Source: Schmidtea polychroa | Lineage: Eukaryota | NCBI GenBank assembly: GCA_044892525.1 | Contig: CM097886.1 | Location: 47,120,001-47,184,000, forward strand | Reading direction: 5' to 3' | DNA length: 64,000 nt | Part shown: positions 38,015 through 51,982 of the stretch, in pieces | Layout: each line of letters opens with the position of its first letter | How positions within the stretch are numbered: position 1 is the first letter of the stretch | Notes under the pieces: generated by a model | What the model saw: the letters and a program-made list of their open reading frames with translations, nothing else | What the model was told of the DNA's origin: nothing | Database searches by the model: none | Made by a program: the position numbers and the translations under genes

Positions 38015-38849
38015 TTTTTTGGTTAAATATATTACAAAATTGAGAATAGATTTATATAAATTTCAAATTAGATAAATTATAATTTTATAATTATTTATTT
38101 GTATTTATTTTATAAATTTACTAGATTCGGAATAGATCCAAACTCATTTTTTATTCATTATAATTAATTTTATTCATCCTGTTATAACAAATTTATTTGG
38201 TTACCTTTATTATATTAATTGCAAGGTAATTTACTAATTTTGTATATTTTATTATTTAGCGTTAGACGATAACAGTGAATTCGGTGCAGTAAAAAACAAA
38301 ATATATATAATTCCCACGAGGAATGGGAAAATTTAATATTTTTTTACAGACATTGAAAATAAGAGTATTTAACCTATATGCTAACAAAGTATTTCAATTA
38401 ATAAAAAATGCAATTTGTAGCTGACACATAATAAATTCATATATAGTTTTCCCTTGGAAGTGTGCTCTTCATACAAAGATAGCCCATGAACTGTAGTAGC
38501 AGGGTTCGTTTGCAATTTGTAAAGAGTCGTTATCTGAAAATTCAATTATTAATTATAAGAAGACTTAAAAGAATTTGAATAATTTGCACTGTAATTTAAT
38601 GAATACATCTACTTAACTTACACTACACAAGATAAAAACCGTCATTGGTTTGCTGAAAAAGTACTTTAACAAGTTAATGCTGGCGCGGATCACCGGTGGG
38701 ACGTATTTGATTGTGTTATTATTATTAGAAAATTTAGCGTATATTCATCAAAAACATTTATTTTTAATTATAATTATAATTAATAATGTATTATAAACAT
38801 AAATTTTGTTCAAATACAAGATGCGTAGCATGAAAATCGGCGCCGGCCT

Positions 38850-40027
38850 GAACGTGTTAAATAGATCTGTATTATAGTTTTGGTTTTTTTGTATGAATTT
38901 GCTACATACTGGTGATATCAACGCAGATTTATCTGTTTGTAAGCTTTGACTTCTTATACTTTTATTATCAAAACGAAGAAATCGCAAAAATTTCTATGAA
39001 ATCATTTCTACTTATCACTGCATTAAAATACTTGGCACCCATTGGCTATTCAATAAATAACAAGCCTTCATGTTTCTGGCTTCATATGTCCCACGAGCAA
39101 ATAGAATCCCAATGAAAGCTAGCAATTTTGATTTTGTAAGTATCCACGTATTTCCTAAGACTCGAGAGGTTTCTTCTTCTGCACAAGTTCTTATATATTC
39201 TAAAATTGAGTCATCCATTATCAGTGAAAATTCAGTGCTAACTACACCTTTCATAATATTTCTTTTTGGATATCCTGTAGAACCGGATACATCTTTGAAA
39301 ATAAATTGAATTGGCTTTCTTCCACTACTAAAACCAGTTTTTAATTTCCCCCAAATTCTACCATCTATTGCAATTTCCTTATAATGATCTTGTTTGAGAG
39401 TTGTATGTTTATTTTTCTTTTACAAATATTCACATTATTTTCATAATCACTCTCATTTTCTGTATCAGTGACTCGCCGGTAACCTCTTCATCGATAAAAG
39501 CACCTCTATTCATAGTCTCAAAAGGTATGTTATCTTTACCACATGGTCCACTTTCACCATTCAGTAGTTCACTTTCACCATATTATAGGTAGTTGTCTTC
39601 AATATCAGAATATTCCGTAGAATATTCCCTAATAATGTGGCACTTTCTTTAGTTTATCCGTTTTGTGGGATCGATGCTAAAAATAGAATTATTTGTGAAA
39701 ATAATGAAGTCTAACTAAACAGCTAATAATTCATAAAAAGGTAATATTTATTTCTCTTACCTCAAATATATCTTTATATATCAGTATCAAAGTTGTTTAG
39801 GTTTATTGTCATCCGCTGCTTTGATAATGGCACCAGTATAACACAGAATTATTTTTCTTAGTATTAAAATTGAAAAATAAAATTATTCGTATTATTAATT
39901 ACTTACAAGTCTTACATAAATCTATAAAAGTCATGTCATTATATTTTTTGATAAACTTATTTTTAATATAGAATTTTTACCATAAAAGTTAAAACCAGTC
40001 ATTTTTACTGGTTCGGTAAATCTAGTG
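38850..40027 (-). mobile_element. piggyBac (PGBD-like) remnant
   Basis: FSLIMDDSILEYIRTC..LLAFIGILFARG..RFLRFDNKSIRSQSLQTDKSALIS; TTAA-CACTAGATTTACC terminus at 40027; 3' part missing. Confidence 0.75.
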
Positions 40028-40581
40028 TTAATGAATTTATGTCTTAAATTAAATTTAATAACCCTAAATGTAATCACTAATTAATTAAAAATATTAAAGT
40101 TTCACATAAATCAGGGATTGATTATTCGCAAGCACATATTTAAAGTACCATTGATATCAATTAATCACTTTGAAAGTGAATCCAATCTGCAATTTACAAA
40201 ATTCAAATTAAATTTCAAGAGCAACCGCAACTACATCAAAGAGATGGAATACAAAAATCAGCCAATCAGAATATTTGCACATGGAACCGATCGATCGATT
40301 GTCGAACTGCACTGAAAACCAGATTTGCAGAATTGTCGGCAAATCTATTAAGCACACATTCGATATAGATATCGTTATATATTCTCAAAAAAAATTATTC
40401 GTGTTTTATCTAGATTTCCAGTGGTTATATTTTAGATAAATAATCAATAGTTTATATAATGTTGTGCACTTGATTATATAAATAAATATATATATATATA
40501 TATATATATACGGACAGATTATTTATCAGTATTATTTATTTGTTATTTATTTGAAAATTTATTGTATTTTTCATTTGAAAA

Positions 40582-41004
40582 ATGGTTGTCATTACATTCC
40601 ATCAAGTGACGATGTCATTGCTGATATCTACAGTTGCGTTTTCCATAACGTCAGTGGTGACGAAAAATTGGGATAACTCGCAAAGCATTTGGGAGCTAAG
40701 CAATCATTCCAATGATGTTGTTACGAAAGCTTTTGTCATTATCGGCACAGTTTGTGCTTGTCTGGCGTTTCTAATGGAACTTCTGATTCAACTCTCGTCA
40801 ACGTTTTCTCTCAGTAATGCAATACGAATATTGACTTTGATCTTTGTTTTAATTGGGTTTGGATCTTTATTAGTTGGAGTAAGTGTTGGTGGGGTCTATC
40901 GGTGTTCAGGAGAATGTGGATTTTCATATTGGTTTGCTGCTATTAGTAGTGTTCTAATGTTTCAAGCTGTTGTTTTCTACATGATAGCTTGGAGATGTAC
41001 ATAG
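40582..41004 (+). CDS. Intronless four-TM claudin/PMP22-superfamily-like protein, 140 aa (paralog B)
   Basis: Complete ORF in AAAAATG context; four TM segments; clearly paralogous to 37595-38014. Confidence 0.85.
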   Translation: MVVITFHQVTMSLLISTVAFSITSVVTKNWDNSQSIWELSNHSNDVVTKAFVIIGTVCACLAFLMELLIQLSSTFSLSNAIRILTLIFVLIGFGSLLVGVSVGGVYRCSGECGFSYWFAAISSVLMFQAVVFYMIAWRCT

Positions 41005-44000
41005 CTTGATATTGAAACTAGTGGCATGAAGGACTTTATATTCAACAAGATTATATATATTATTATCCTTAGTCAGATCTTTTATTATTAGTTTCAAAAA
41101 TATATGTCTTTAATTTTAACAATTTTTAAAAAATAAATTAAATTTTAAAATTCTTTTAACCTTGATAATTATTTAAATATTTAATTTTCACATTAAGATG
41201 GACAAACATCTTTCTGATGAGTCTCATTGAAGAACGACACAGGGTTCAAATAATTCGAGTTCTGGTTTCAAGAGAAGAAATGGATTTAATACAAAATACC
41301 TCTTTATCTTCAAATAATTTGTCACGAAAGCATTTAAGGAAGCCTTCACCATGAGTTCGCAATAGATGAAAGTAGTGGACAGAACGGAATCTGCTAAATC
41401 ATTAAATCATTAAATCACGTAACCAGTTATAATACGTAGCTATATCTTGATGGTAAATAAGATATTCTGAATGTATTCTTTCAACAAGAAGAGAATATTT
41501 GAACAAATTTGTGTATACCTTACCTTTCATTCTTCCTGTTATTCTCATTTAAGCACCAACTGTATCGTTTAAAAAGTAGCCCCAGTACATATTTTTTATC
41601 ACAGCCTGAGTGAATAATTGGTATTGTTGCTTGTAGTTGATAATTTTTAATTGCGTAACATCTGATATTGTTCAACTCTGTTGAGAGTCAAATATCACTT
41701 TAGCATATGATATTAGACTTAAAATGGTACAAAGGTATATTCATATGATTCATATATAAATTACCATATCCAAAGATCACTCTGTTAATATATATTATAT
41801 TTGACTTTTATTTTATGTTTATTATTACTTAGACGTAAAAATATTTCTTCAAATAAGACTTACATCCATAAAAATAATCAAAATGTTCCTTAATAATTTC
41901 ACACGGAATCTTACTGTTTACTTTTTTACTTTTTTTTTCATTTTTACAGGGTAGGTGCCATAATTACTGACAGTATTGTATGTAACAATTTCCGACATCT
42001 TGATTGTAAATTTTGTTGCGATTTGTGTCGAGTGGTGGAACAAGGGATGAAAGTGCAGGAAAAATTGATTGCAGATCAATAAAAAAGGGCAAAATTTGGA
42101 AACTTCACAATTAATAAATAAATACAAAGAATTAATTAAATTTGAAAATAAATTAAAAAATAGAAATATTCCAAAGGATAAAATAAAAGCATCTATAAAC
42201 AGAAAGAAACGTCCTTATAGAATAAAAGTTTGGATAGAATAGGAACATCAATAATATGAAATAGCTACTGGCATTGCTTGAGTAGTCTGTATGGACGGAT
42301 AGTGGACAATATAAAATCATTGTAGGATCACAAGAAAAAGATATATTCAAAAAATTATGTCAAGGTCACATGAAAAATCATATATAGTTTTATATCAATA
42401 AATATCAATAACAAATTAATAACAAAAGAATTATACTAGCAATATTTATTTTTATAAAATTGACAAATAATTAATCTAACACCAATAATATTTCACGTAA
42501 ATGTTTTATAAATAAAATATAATACTGATAAATTTATAAAGCCATTTTAATTACAATTACATCTAGATGAAATTAATATAATATTTAGTATTCTTCTTCG
42601 TTAATGCTTTCAATAATTTTAGATTTTGCTTTAAAATTTTGATGTTCATATCTTTAAGTCTATACTTTTCATGTGTATGTTTTCGACAACTTCAAATGAC
42701 CTCTATATCAATTATCATTTTTATTCGTATATACACCTTTATTAAAACCTTTTTATTAACCCGTATTTTTATTTCTCTCTTTTTTTCCTTTTCCTTAATA
42801 CAATGAAGTGAAAAATACCTATCAATTTTTCTTCATTCCAACTGCGACTCATTATTTTCTTAGTCGTTAAATGGTTTTATTTGTCATTAAAACAGTAAAG
42901 ATGAATCTATATACTTCTCATAATTGTATGTTGGTTTCAAAATTGCATCCTGTAGTAAAATTCATTTTTACCGAAAGTCTATAATTCTTCTCACTCAAAA
43001 ACTGTCTTAATGTTTTTTGATGACATTTACAGACAAAATCACTTAAGGTAAAATATTTATGAACTGTCCGTATATTTACAAAAAGTTGGCAATCCTGATT
43101 TGTGACATCACAAATATAACACCAAAATTTGTTCTTAAAAATTTCTAGGGACACTGCTTAAGTAGTGTCGACTAAAAACAATAAAGTGGTAGGGATCAGA
43201 GTCACTTCCATTTAAATAAAATTTCAGATTGTGCTTTAAGGAGATATAATTATTGTAGACAAGTTATATTCATTTAAAAATATTAAAACATATTTATGTA
43301 TGTTTATATACAAAAAAATGTAGTTATTTTATATTTCGTACAGATTATTTAATGTAGAAATTTGTTACCTTATGAATTATGACTTTTGATTTTAATAATT
43401 GGATTTTGTGTTAAATAAATATTTAAGATTTATATTTCAATATGTAAATTCTATCTGTTACTTAATTTTTTTATTTAAAGTTTGACGGGTCCCAAGAAAA
43501 AATCCAATCGGGCCTCGCAGTTATTGGATCCAGCATTGATTGCACTATGAATTACAAGGAAAAATAAAATTATTAAAAGTTAATATATTAAAAATCACTT
43601 CTAAATTCTTTTTTTGTTTAAATATTCGATTTTTATTGAAAATAATGAAACAATTTTTAAAACCAATTACAAAGCAATTATACTAAAATGGAATATTTAA
43701 ATGAATTGCAAACAATTATATCCCAAAATTGAACGATTTCCTCCATTAGTTGAAATAAAACTAAAACTTAATTTCATGAAATTACAATAAAAGTCCAAAA
43801 ATCAATAATTTTAAAGAATTAAAAAAGTAATTTCGATATAAGAAACTGAAGACCATTTTGCAAATCCATTATGCCAAATATTTCAATGAAATAAATAATT
43901 AAAAAATTATAAAATAATAAATATTTAGCAAGCTTAAAGGATAATTTTTTGAAAATCAACTGCAATTCCCTACATTTATAAGTAAATTTTGGTTTTAAAT

Positions 44001-45986
44001 GTCATTAATTTTCAAATAACAATAAATACTTTGTTTAATCGCTCTCAAAGAAGTTGTTGAGTTAGCATCATTGTTCGGTAAGAAGTGGTTAGTGGTCTTG
44101 AATAAAATGAGAAACTCAACCCAAAGTTTTTATCACAATAATCAAAGCTGTTCAATAACAATAACAACCTTCAACACCTAATATGATTCAAAGGGTAATT
44201 AATCCTACAGGAAACCATCTCAAACTAACTAACCTGATTTGACTTTACTAATATTTCTCAAACTTTGTAGAAGATTTTCTAAATTTTTCTCTTGTAACCT
44301 AATTACTAAGCTACGAAAATTCACTAAAAAAGAATAAATGTAAATTATTTTATCCCAAAGTTCAGGCTTGGGGATTTTGTTTACCAATTAATTTGATGAA
44401 TGAATTTCAAATAATTAATTAATTTGTATTTTTTGAATAAAATTTGCTATTTAAAATTAATATATTTGTATTTACCTATTTGTATTATTATCAACTATTA
44501 ATTTTTTATAATTTCCCAATTTCAATATTATTATTATTATATACTTCAAAATTTAATTAATTTTTTTAATATATAAAGATTAACATAAATTGGGAGAATG
44601 TTCACCTGGATCACTGTTGCTTTACAAAATTCCAAAAATTTAACCATGCCTTAATAATAGCAAATGTAATCTGCAAATTTGTAGCATTTTTTCCGTGACT
44701 AAATTCTTTAAAAACAGGCCTGCAAGAGATTTAATAAGATTTAATATCTTTCGAAAGTCATGAGAAAATGCACAACCTAATTATTATAACATGTCGATCT
44801 CTTACCTCCTTCTAAAGAGAAGAATTATATGTTCTTAAAGTCAGATAGTAAAATAAAATGATCTGAAACTGTTTCTTCCAAGTACAATGGGCGAAAATGT
44901 TGCCAGTAATATAAAATCCTTTAAATTTCCAAGCTATTGCATGACGCCTCATTTGCCGAGATATTTATTCAAATTTTGTTTTGTTTTTCCAAAATTAATT
45001 TGTTGATTCATTAATCTGACGTTCGACTAGATTCTCCTTGGTTTATAGGCTTGTCTTAAAAATCAATAAGTTTTTTGATTCTTGGCCCTTCTAAAAACCT
45101 CTCATCAATTTAAAATTATTTTAGACGTCTTAAAATTTAATTTACCACCGGTGAACATCTTTCCATCCGAAAATCTTGAGATTAAACTTTTTTTTGGAAT
45201 TTAATAAATTTTTGTAATTTTTCTTGATAATTTGTAATTTTCTATTTGATTTTACCTATTTTTGTATAGCCCCAAAAGAAATTGTTCAAATAAACAATCA
45301 CTCTGTCTTGTAGGCTGACAAGACACTGCAATAAACCCGAGGAACATACAATATTGATGATTTGATCTGTCGAATTGTATAATATAATTTATAGCAAAAA
45401 CAAAAACACCGTAACTATTAAACACGACAAAAATATACTATCAGATATGAGCACCTCATTTGGCAAATCGATTAACTCCACAAAAGAAAAAGTAGAGAAA
45501 ATTAATATGTTCTTATTTATTTAATCCTGCTACCAAGAAATCATCACTTTATATTTCTTTAATAAATATGAAGAATTTAACGTCAATAAAATGCTTCGGC
45601 ACTAAAATTTTAAAAACTTTCAAAAATTGAAGTGAATCGCCTTGACCCCCAAATGGCTCATACATTGAAGATGAAGCCAATTTTCGTGTTTGATAAGTAA
45701 TGTTAACTGAAATGTATATACAAAATTTCATTAAAAAAACATCATTTCAATGACAAATAATTAAAACTGGCCTTAGCATTTTATATATTTTTGTGTAGGG
45801 GTCATATCACTTCACTATAAAATGAAATTTGAGGGAATTTACAGCGGAAAACATTTTAACAAACGAGTGACTTTTTTCATAAAAATAAGCTACAAAGTTT
45901 CCGTTTTTATTTTATTTATCTTAAATAATAAAATAATAATTTTCAGTGAAATCTACATTTCAAAAAAGTTATTTTCAACAATTAAT

Positions 45987-48900
45987 TTAGGAATCTACAG
46001 ACAAACGAAACGTGTCATCGGAAAAGAACGACTGCAATTCGACATGCCGAAACCACTGACAACTCATAAACCATTCCATTAAGGCTTCATGTTTCAATAA
46101 TGAACTAAATGGAGCAATCAACTCATCAGATTCAATAAGAATATCGTAAATTGACTTTAAACTTTTCTAGAATGGATAAATAGACAAAATTACCAATTTT
46201 TACAAATATAATCAGCAAACAAACAATTAAAGAAGCATTTCGTTCACTTTCCGAGTCCTCTAAGTCAATGTCCTCCAAGTTATCATCAAAGGAAGAAATT
46301 TTACGACGACCAAATGAAAGAACCTGAACAATAATTATTAGTGAGTTAAAATGTATATAAATAATATAAGACAAAAAATGTTATATATATGTTGGCGATG
46401 AAGGAATTGCATTCTATTTGTCACTCATATTTAAACGTTAATAAAAAGACATGTAATGATCAAGTTAAATTAGGCATGTAATTTAGATTAATTAATTAAA
46501 TAATATAAAAATTTGTGTATTAATTGATTTAGCATTTATTAAATAATATATGCAAATAAGAATTGCGCTTAATATATTAACATTTTTAATGTAAAAAAAA
46601 ACTTATAATATAAATATGTAATTTCAAATAATAGAAAGTATGTAAAATGAAGTATCTAATGCTTTCATGTTCAAGATATTGTTGATGTCAAATAATCTTG
46701 TTTTAATATTGTCAATAAAATGAATTTTTGAATATTGAATTTTAAATTGTTACTTTAATGGATACTATCAACAAGTGGCGGAACTTCAAAATTTGGGCCC
46801 CCCGCGCAATGTAAAATATTTCCACTTAAATTTTTCGGTTAAAGTTTAATACATAGTTATTCACAGCAGCCGCTATTCAATGATAGTTTTATGTTTGTAG
46901 GCAAATATAACTGCGGAGAAAAAGTTTCAGAAAATGATTGTAAATATTTTTTAGTAATAATTTTGGGCCCCCGCAACGCAGAGTCCTGCGTCCAGGAGTT
47001 ACGTCACTGCTATCAAAACTCGGTTCATGTAGTCTAACAAGATAAATATATATTCTATAACATGAAATTTTTAAACAAATTTTCCGAGACCTTTAATTTT
47101 TTGAGTTGAGATTCATGCAAATATTACATTTTTATACTAAACATCCATTCATACACAGCTATTTTAACATTTTTCATAATTTTATATTATACAATCAAAC
47201 ATTAATTTAATTTATTTTAGATTAAAATTTTTCAAATATCTCTCTAACTACAAAAAGCCTAAAATGCATACATTTTTATATGAGAGCTGCTGTATGAAAT
47301 ATGATAAAAGCTCCCATATAGACTTAACAAAAATAAAAATTCACAAATAAAAACTTTCCTAATAAAATTAATTTTCAAAAAAAGTCTAAATTTATTTTTG
47401 AATTTTAATTATTCCTCCCTAAAAAGCCTAAAAAGGTTTCCTTGTATAATATAAATTTTAATTATCTATTATTAAAAACCTTTGTTTCGTCAAAAATTCC
47501 TGAAAAAATAAATTCTCGATAAAAAGACATGATGGTCTTACTAGAAAAACTAAAAGGATATTGCTTCAGTCAAAAAGCCTAAAATGGTTGACATAAAGGT
47601 ATAATTATAAGAGGTATTGCTTCATAAAAGATCATATTATAACAAAAATCCATGAAAATGAGCAGAAAAATTCAACAAAAAGTGAGTAATATTCTCCTAA
47701 GACAACGCGAGACCAAACATATCTTTGATGAGTTGGAAAAACTTAAAAGAGTTCAATTGGGATGTCGATTCTTGAACAATATAATCAAAATACTTTTTAA
47801 TTTCACAAATTTTGACTACTTAATACTAATATTTGAGGTATTTTTTCAATATATGATTCATGATATATGATTCAATATGATTTCAATATATGATTCATAT
47901 GCAATTGTTTCATGGGATATGTCTTTTTTAGGAAGTACTTAAAGATGCATCTTTTCTAAATTGAAAAAGACTGGCTGTACTAAAGACAAAGACTTACGGA
48001 ATTTCGACACGTAATCTACAGTAAAGAATATATAGGTTTAAAAATGAAGTTTATTGACATCAATGATTCAATAAATCATAACTTCATGAAAATAATTTAC
48101 TCGAGAGTAGGGTTTCTGCAATCGATTTTGAGTCTCTGAGTAGTTACTCAGATTAGGGACTCGACTCTAAAGTTTATATAATTAAGCAAAAATCAGTAAA
48201 TTCAAAAGCTACATATGTATGAATGTTTTGACGAATTCCTAGATTCATGTTTTATTTATTTTTTTTGAAATATGCACATTGCTGCGGACATTAATAAAGA
48301 CTCGTCTTCACATTCAATTGGTACTGATTAAAGTCAAAATTTACACAAATAAAATTGAAAAATGAAAATGTAAGCAGCTCATCAAATTGGTGTAAATTAT
48401 ATGTACATTATCAGAACGTAATCAATTTATGAAATTCAACTTTTCTTATTCTTATACAATATTCAATGTACAATGTAACTGCTTAGTCTACAATCACTTA
48501 GTATTGTTGTATTATTGAAGTGTGTTAAATAGAATACAAAATTCAATCAATCTATTTCGTGTTTATCTAAAGTAAAAATAACATTTTTTAAACTACAAAA
48601 TTTGGTTTTGAAATTTATATAGATATACTCATAATAATAAATCACTTGAAAAAGGCTGTCCCGAAAATTCGTGAATATAAAAAAACCATTGATATATTTA
48701 CTGATTCAGTCAAAAACATTTCAAATAAATACAATGTCAATTGAAAAGAAATCAGAGATGAAAATGAAAAAAAGTTCTTATAATACTCATAATAATTCAA
48801 TATTATTTCGTGACAATTAATATAATTGACCAAGATATTTTATGTATGAAAAGATAATCAGTAATTAATGAGATCAATTTATTATAAATTTTATTTATTT

Positions 48901-51900
48901 GTATGTTCTTCTCAGAAACAATGTCACAAAAAATCATCAAAAGTGTGGGAATATTGCAGAACAATTATTGAAATATTGAAATTTTAACAAATTTTAGTAA
49001 TTTTTTTTACATAGACTTCAGCTATGAGAATTGTTATTGAATTCCAGAATATTAAACGTTTCCGGACTACTGACTCGTACTCACCGAGTCCTAAAAATTC
49101 TTCAGAAACCCCACTCGATGTATAAAAACAGAATTAAAAAGGCCGGAAGAATTCTTAAGTAGTGTTGTAATTGAATAAAATTACTTTATAAAGGTCCTGT
49201 ATGCGAATATTAGTCTCAGAACTGTCTTCTTGAATCGTATCAAGATCATCATCGGGCGGTAATCTAACAATTGAATATAAATCTCAAATATCCAAATTTT
49301 TCTCATTTTACTCCAAGTCTTTGAAAATAACAGGAATATGAGGTAGTGACTGACCAATAGCCACCGACAAAGCTCGAATAATTCCAGAGTAAAAGTTATT
49401 AGTACAAAATATGGCAAAATGCATCAACATTTCTTCGTAATTCATATATTCAATCTTATGTGTAACATCAGCTTTTGACAGATCATTTGGATCCTCACCT
49501 TGCTTAAAAATATCGAAAAACAACTTTTTTATTTCATCCTGGCGATTGACTGTCTGAAAATATAACAAATACAATAATTTCACTCAAAGAGTCAATTTAA
49601 CAAACTTTCGGAATGGATATATCAGTTGGTGTTGTAGGGGTTGATGAAATATAGAACCATAAGTCAATAAAATCATACTGTTCCCTTGTCACAAAGCCTG
49701 TGTTTTGCTGGTCAAGATTTTTGAATGCGGCCAACATTGCTATCAGGTCACTTTGAGTAGGCCAAGACCATGGTTCACTACACGCCAGAAGAAATAGACG
49801 CCAATTTACATATTCTTTATCACAACTGAACGCTTCTGCAATATTCGTTATACTGGTTTCAATATGACTGTTAAGGTTAATGAAAGATGGCAATGTTTTC
49901 GGATCAGAAGCCATTAAAGAGTCGTTGATCAATCTAACGAAATCAATAACGGAGATCGAAGCACTTTCAGATGTGGTAATCGATTGAAACTAAAACCAAA
50001 TGTGAATAAAAAATTAATTGATAAAATAAAAAATTTCAATAAACCAATTTATAAAAGGCCTTCAATTGGAAAATCGTAAAATATCTATCACCCACTACAT
50101 CAATTGGAGCTGGACGAACTTCTACTTGCTGTTTTCTATAGCTATCCTCATCCTAAATTATAAAAAAAAATTTTAAATGATAAAAGATAAATATAATTTT
50201 TAATCTTAAAACAACACTATTAATATTAACATGTTGACTATCCTAAGACTCCGTGTAACATACATATCCACTTAACATAAACAATACAGAATTGTCGACA
50301 ATGCTGAAGTACAAAATAAGATGTGTATGGTAACATAAAAGTATTTTCCCTCATATATTATTTTATTATATTTTGTATTATTATTTTATATTATTCCATT
50401 TCCAAATTCAATCAGCTATAAACACTAAAATGTATCGATAATTGAGATATGAACAAATATATATTATTAGCATACAACCAGAATCACAGAACAAATATAT
50501 ATATATATATATATATCAATTGTGAATAAAAGTTTAATCGATAAAATAAAAAAGAATAAATTTTAATATTTTTAAATAAGAAAAATGTCTGCAACAGTTT
50601 ATTTAAGCGCTTATAACTCAGCATACCTGCAATATATGAACTCTAATGCATATTGTTGCATAAATGAAACAAAACACAGAGCCACTGTGTTTTCAAATTA
50701 TTCTAATAGATGTCTCTGTACGCGTGATATTGACATTATTGAATTTGGAAAAATCATGCATTTAAGGGTTAATGATTTCCATGTTGTCTTCTTTAATGTA
50801 TCAATTCAGTTTTCTTGATCGGAATATTTTATTTTTGTGTGTATTACAGGCAACTTCTAAGGTAATATACTAAAGTTTTCCTCATTTTCATAGAGAGAAC
50901 TAATCTTCTATAACCTTTAAAAGAAATTCTGTATAACTTACTATAACAAATCTTTCTATGAACCTTAATAATCGAAAGAAAATAATTTTCAGTTAGCTTA
51001 CATTTTTTATTATAGAATATTTTCAGTGTGCCTTAATGATTAAAATCCAGTGTAAAATAGAATTATAATACAAAAATAACATTAAATTTAATATTCTAAT
51101 AAAGAAATTGTATGGGCGCACGGGATTGAAAAACATTTTCTATGGGGAAAGTCACTCATTTTATTCTACATAGATATCAAAATTAAATTCACCAAAGTTC
51201 AGAAACAGTAAAGAATTTACTAAAATTGATTCAGAAAAAGTAATTTCATTTGCTTTATTTTTGTTTTGTTATCAGACTTGTGTATGCTTTCTGAAATTTG
51301 GCGTAGTAACTTCACAATCAAACTGAAAGTGTTTAGATTCAAGAGGTTGCTGATACTAGAAAGGTTAAAACAACTGATTTAGAGAATGATAAAACTGAGA
51401 AAGTAATGCTTCAAATCATTTTTTGAAAATTATGATAAAATCGAACGTTGCTAAGTAAAGTATTATATGTCAAGCTAAACATTTAGAAGGTTTACAATAA
51501 ATTATTATTATTATTAATGAGCAAAATCCCATTGAATGAAAACTTATTTCCTGAAAAAAGATAATACACAGTAAGTAAATTAGTAAGTAACAGATTTTAA
51601 AATTCTACATTAAAACTAATCGTCACAAAGTTAATAAAAATTACTTAATGAAAAATTATTTTTGTAACTAAAATATTATTCATACAATAAATAATCGTGA
51701 AAAGTAAAATGAAATATCACCAAGATTTAAAATTAAATACAAAAATGTTTTCCATAATTTTACAATCTTAAAATTTTGTTTTTTTGTTAAATTCGTTATA
51801 TTCAAGGTCGTCTTAATAATTTTATGGAAAACATTTTAATCAATATTAAACAACACCACATAATAATCCAAATAATAAACCTCAACTGGAATCATGGAGA

Positions 51901-51925
51901 AATTCTTAGAATAAAAATGATGATG

Positions 51926-51982
<57 letters not shown>

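Noticed and set aside
45822-46082. 86-aa plus-strand ORF overlapping the last spef2 exon
   Set aside because: Starts in AT-rich sequence and ends antisense to a real exon; no recognisable motif.
48722-48795. Dispersed motif AATACAATGTCAATTGAAAAGAAATC..AAGTTCTTATAAT (also near 3683 and 62598)
   Set aside because: Two of the three copies sit beside Penelope remnants; best read as ordinary TE debris rather than a regulatory element.
51221-51355. Exon-like open frame considered as a spef2 exon
   Set aside because: Splice phases do not fit; exon 52947-53046 (RYHIE motif) links its neighbours in phase.
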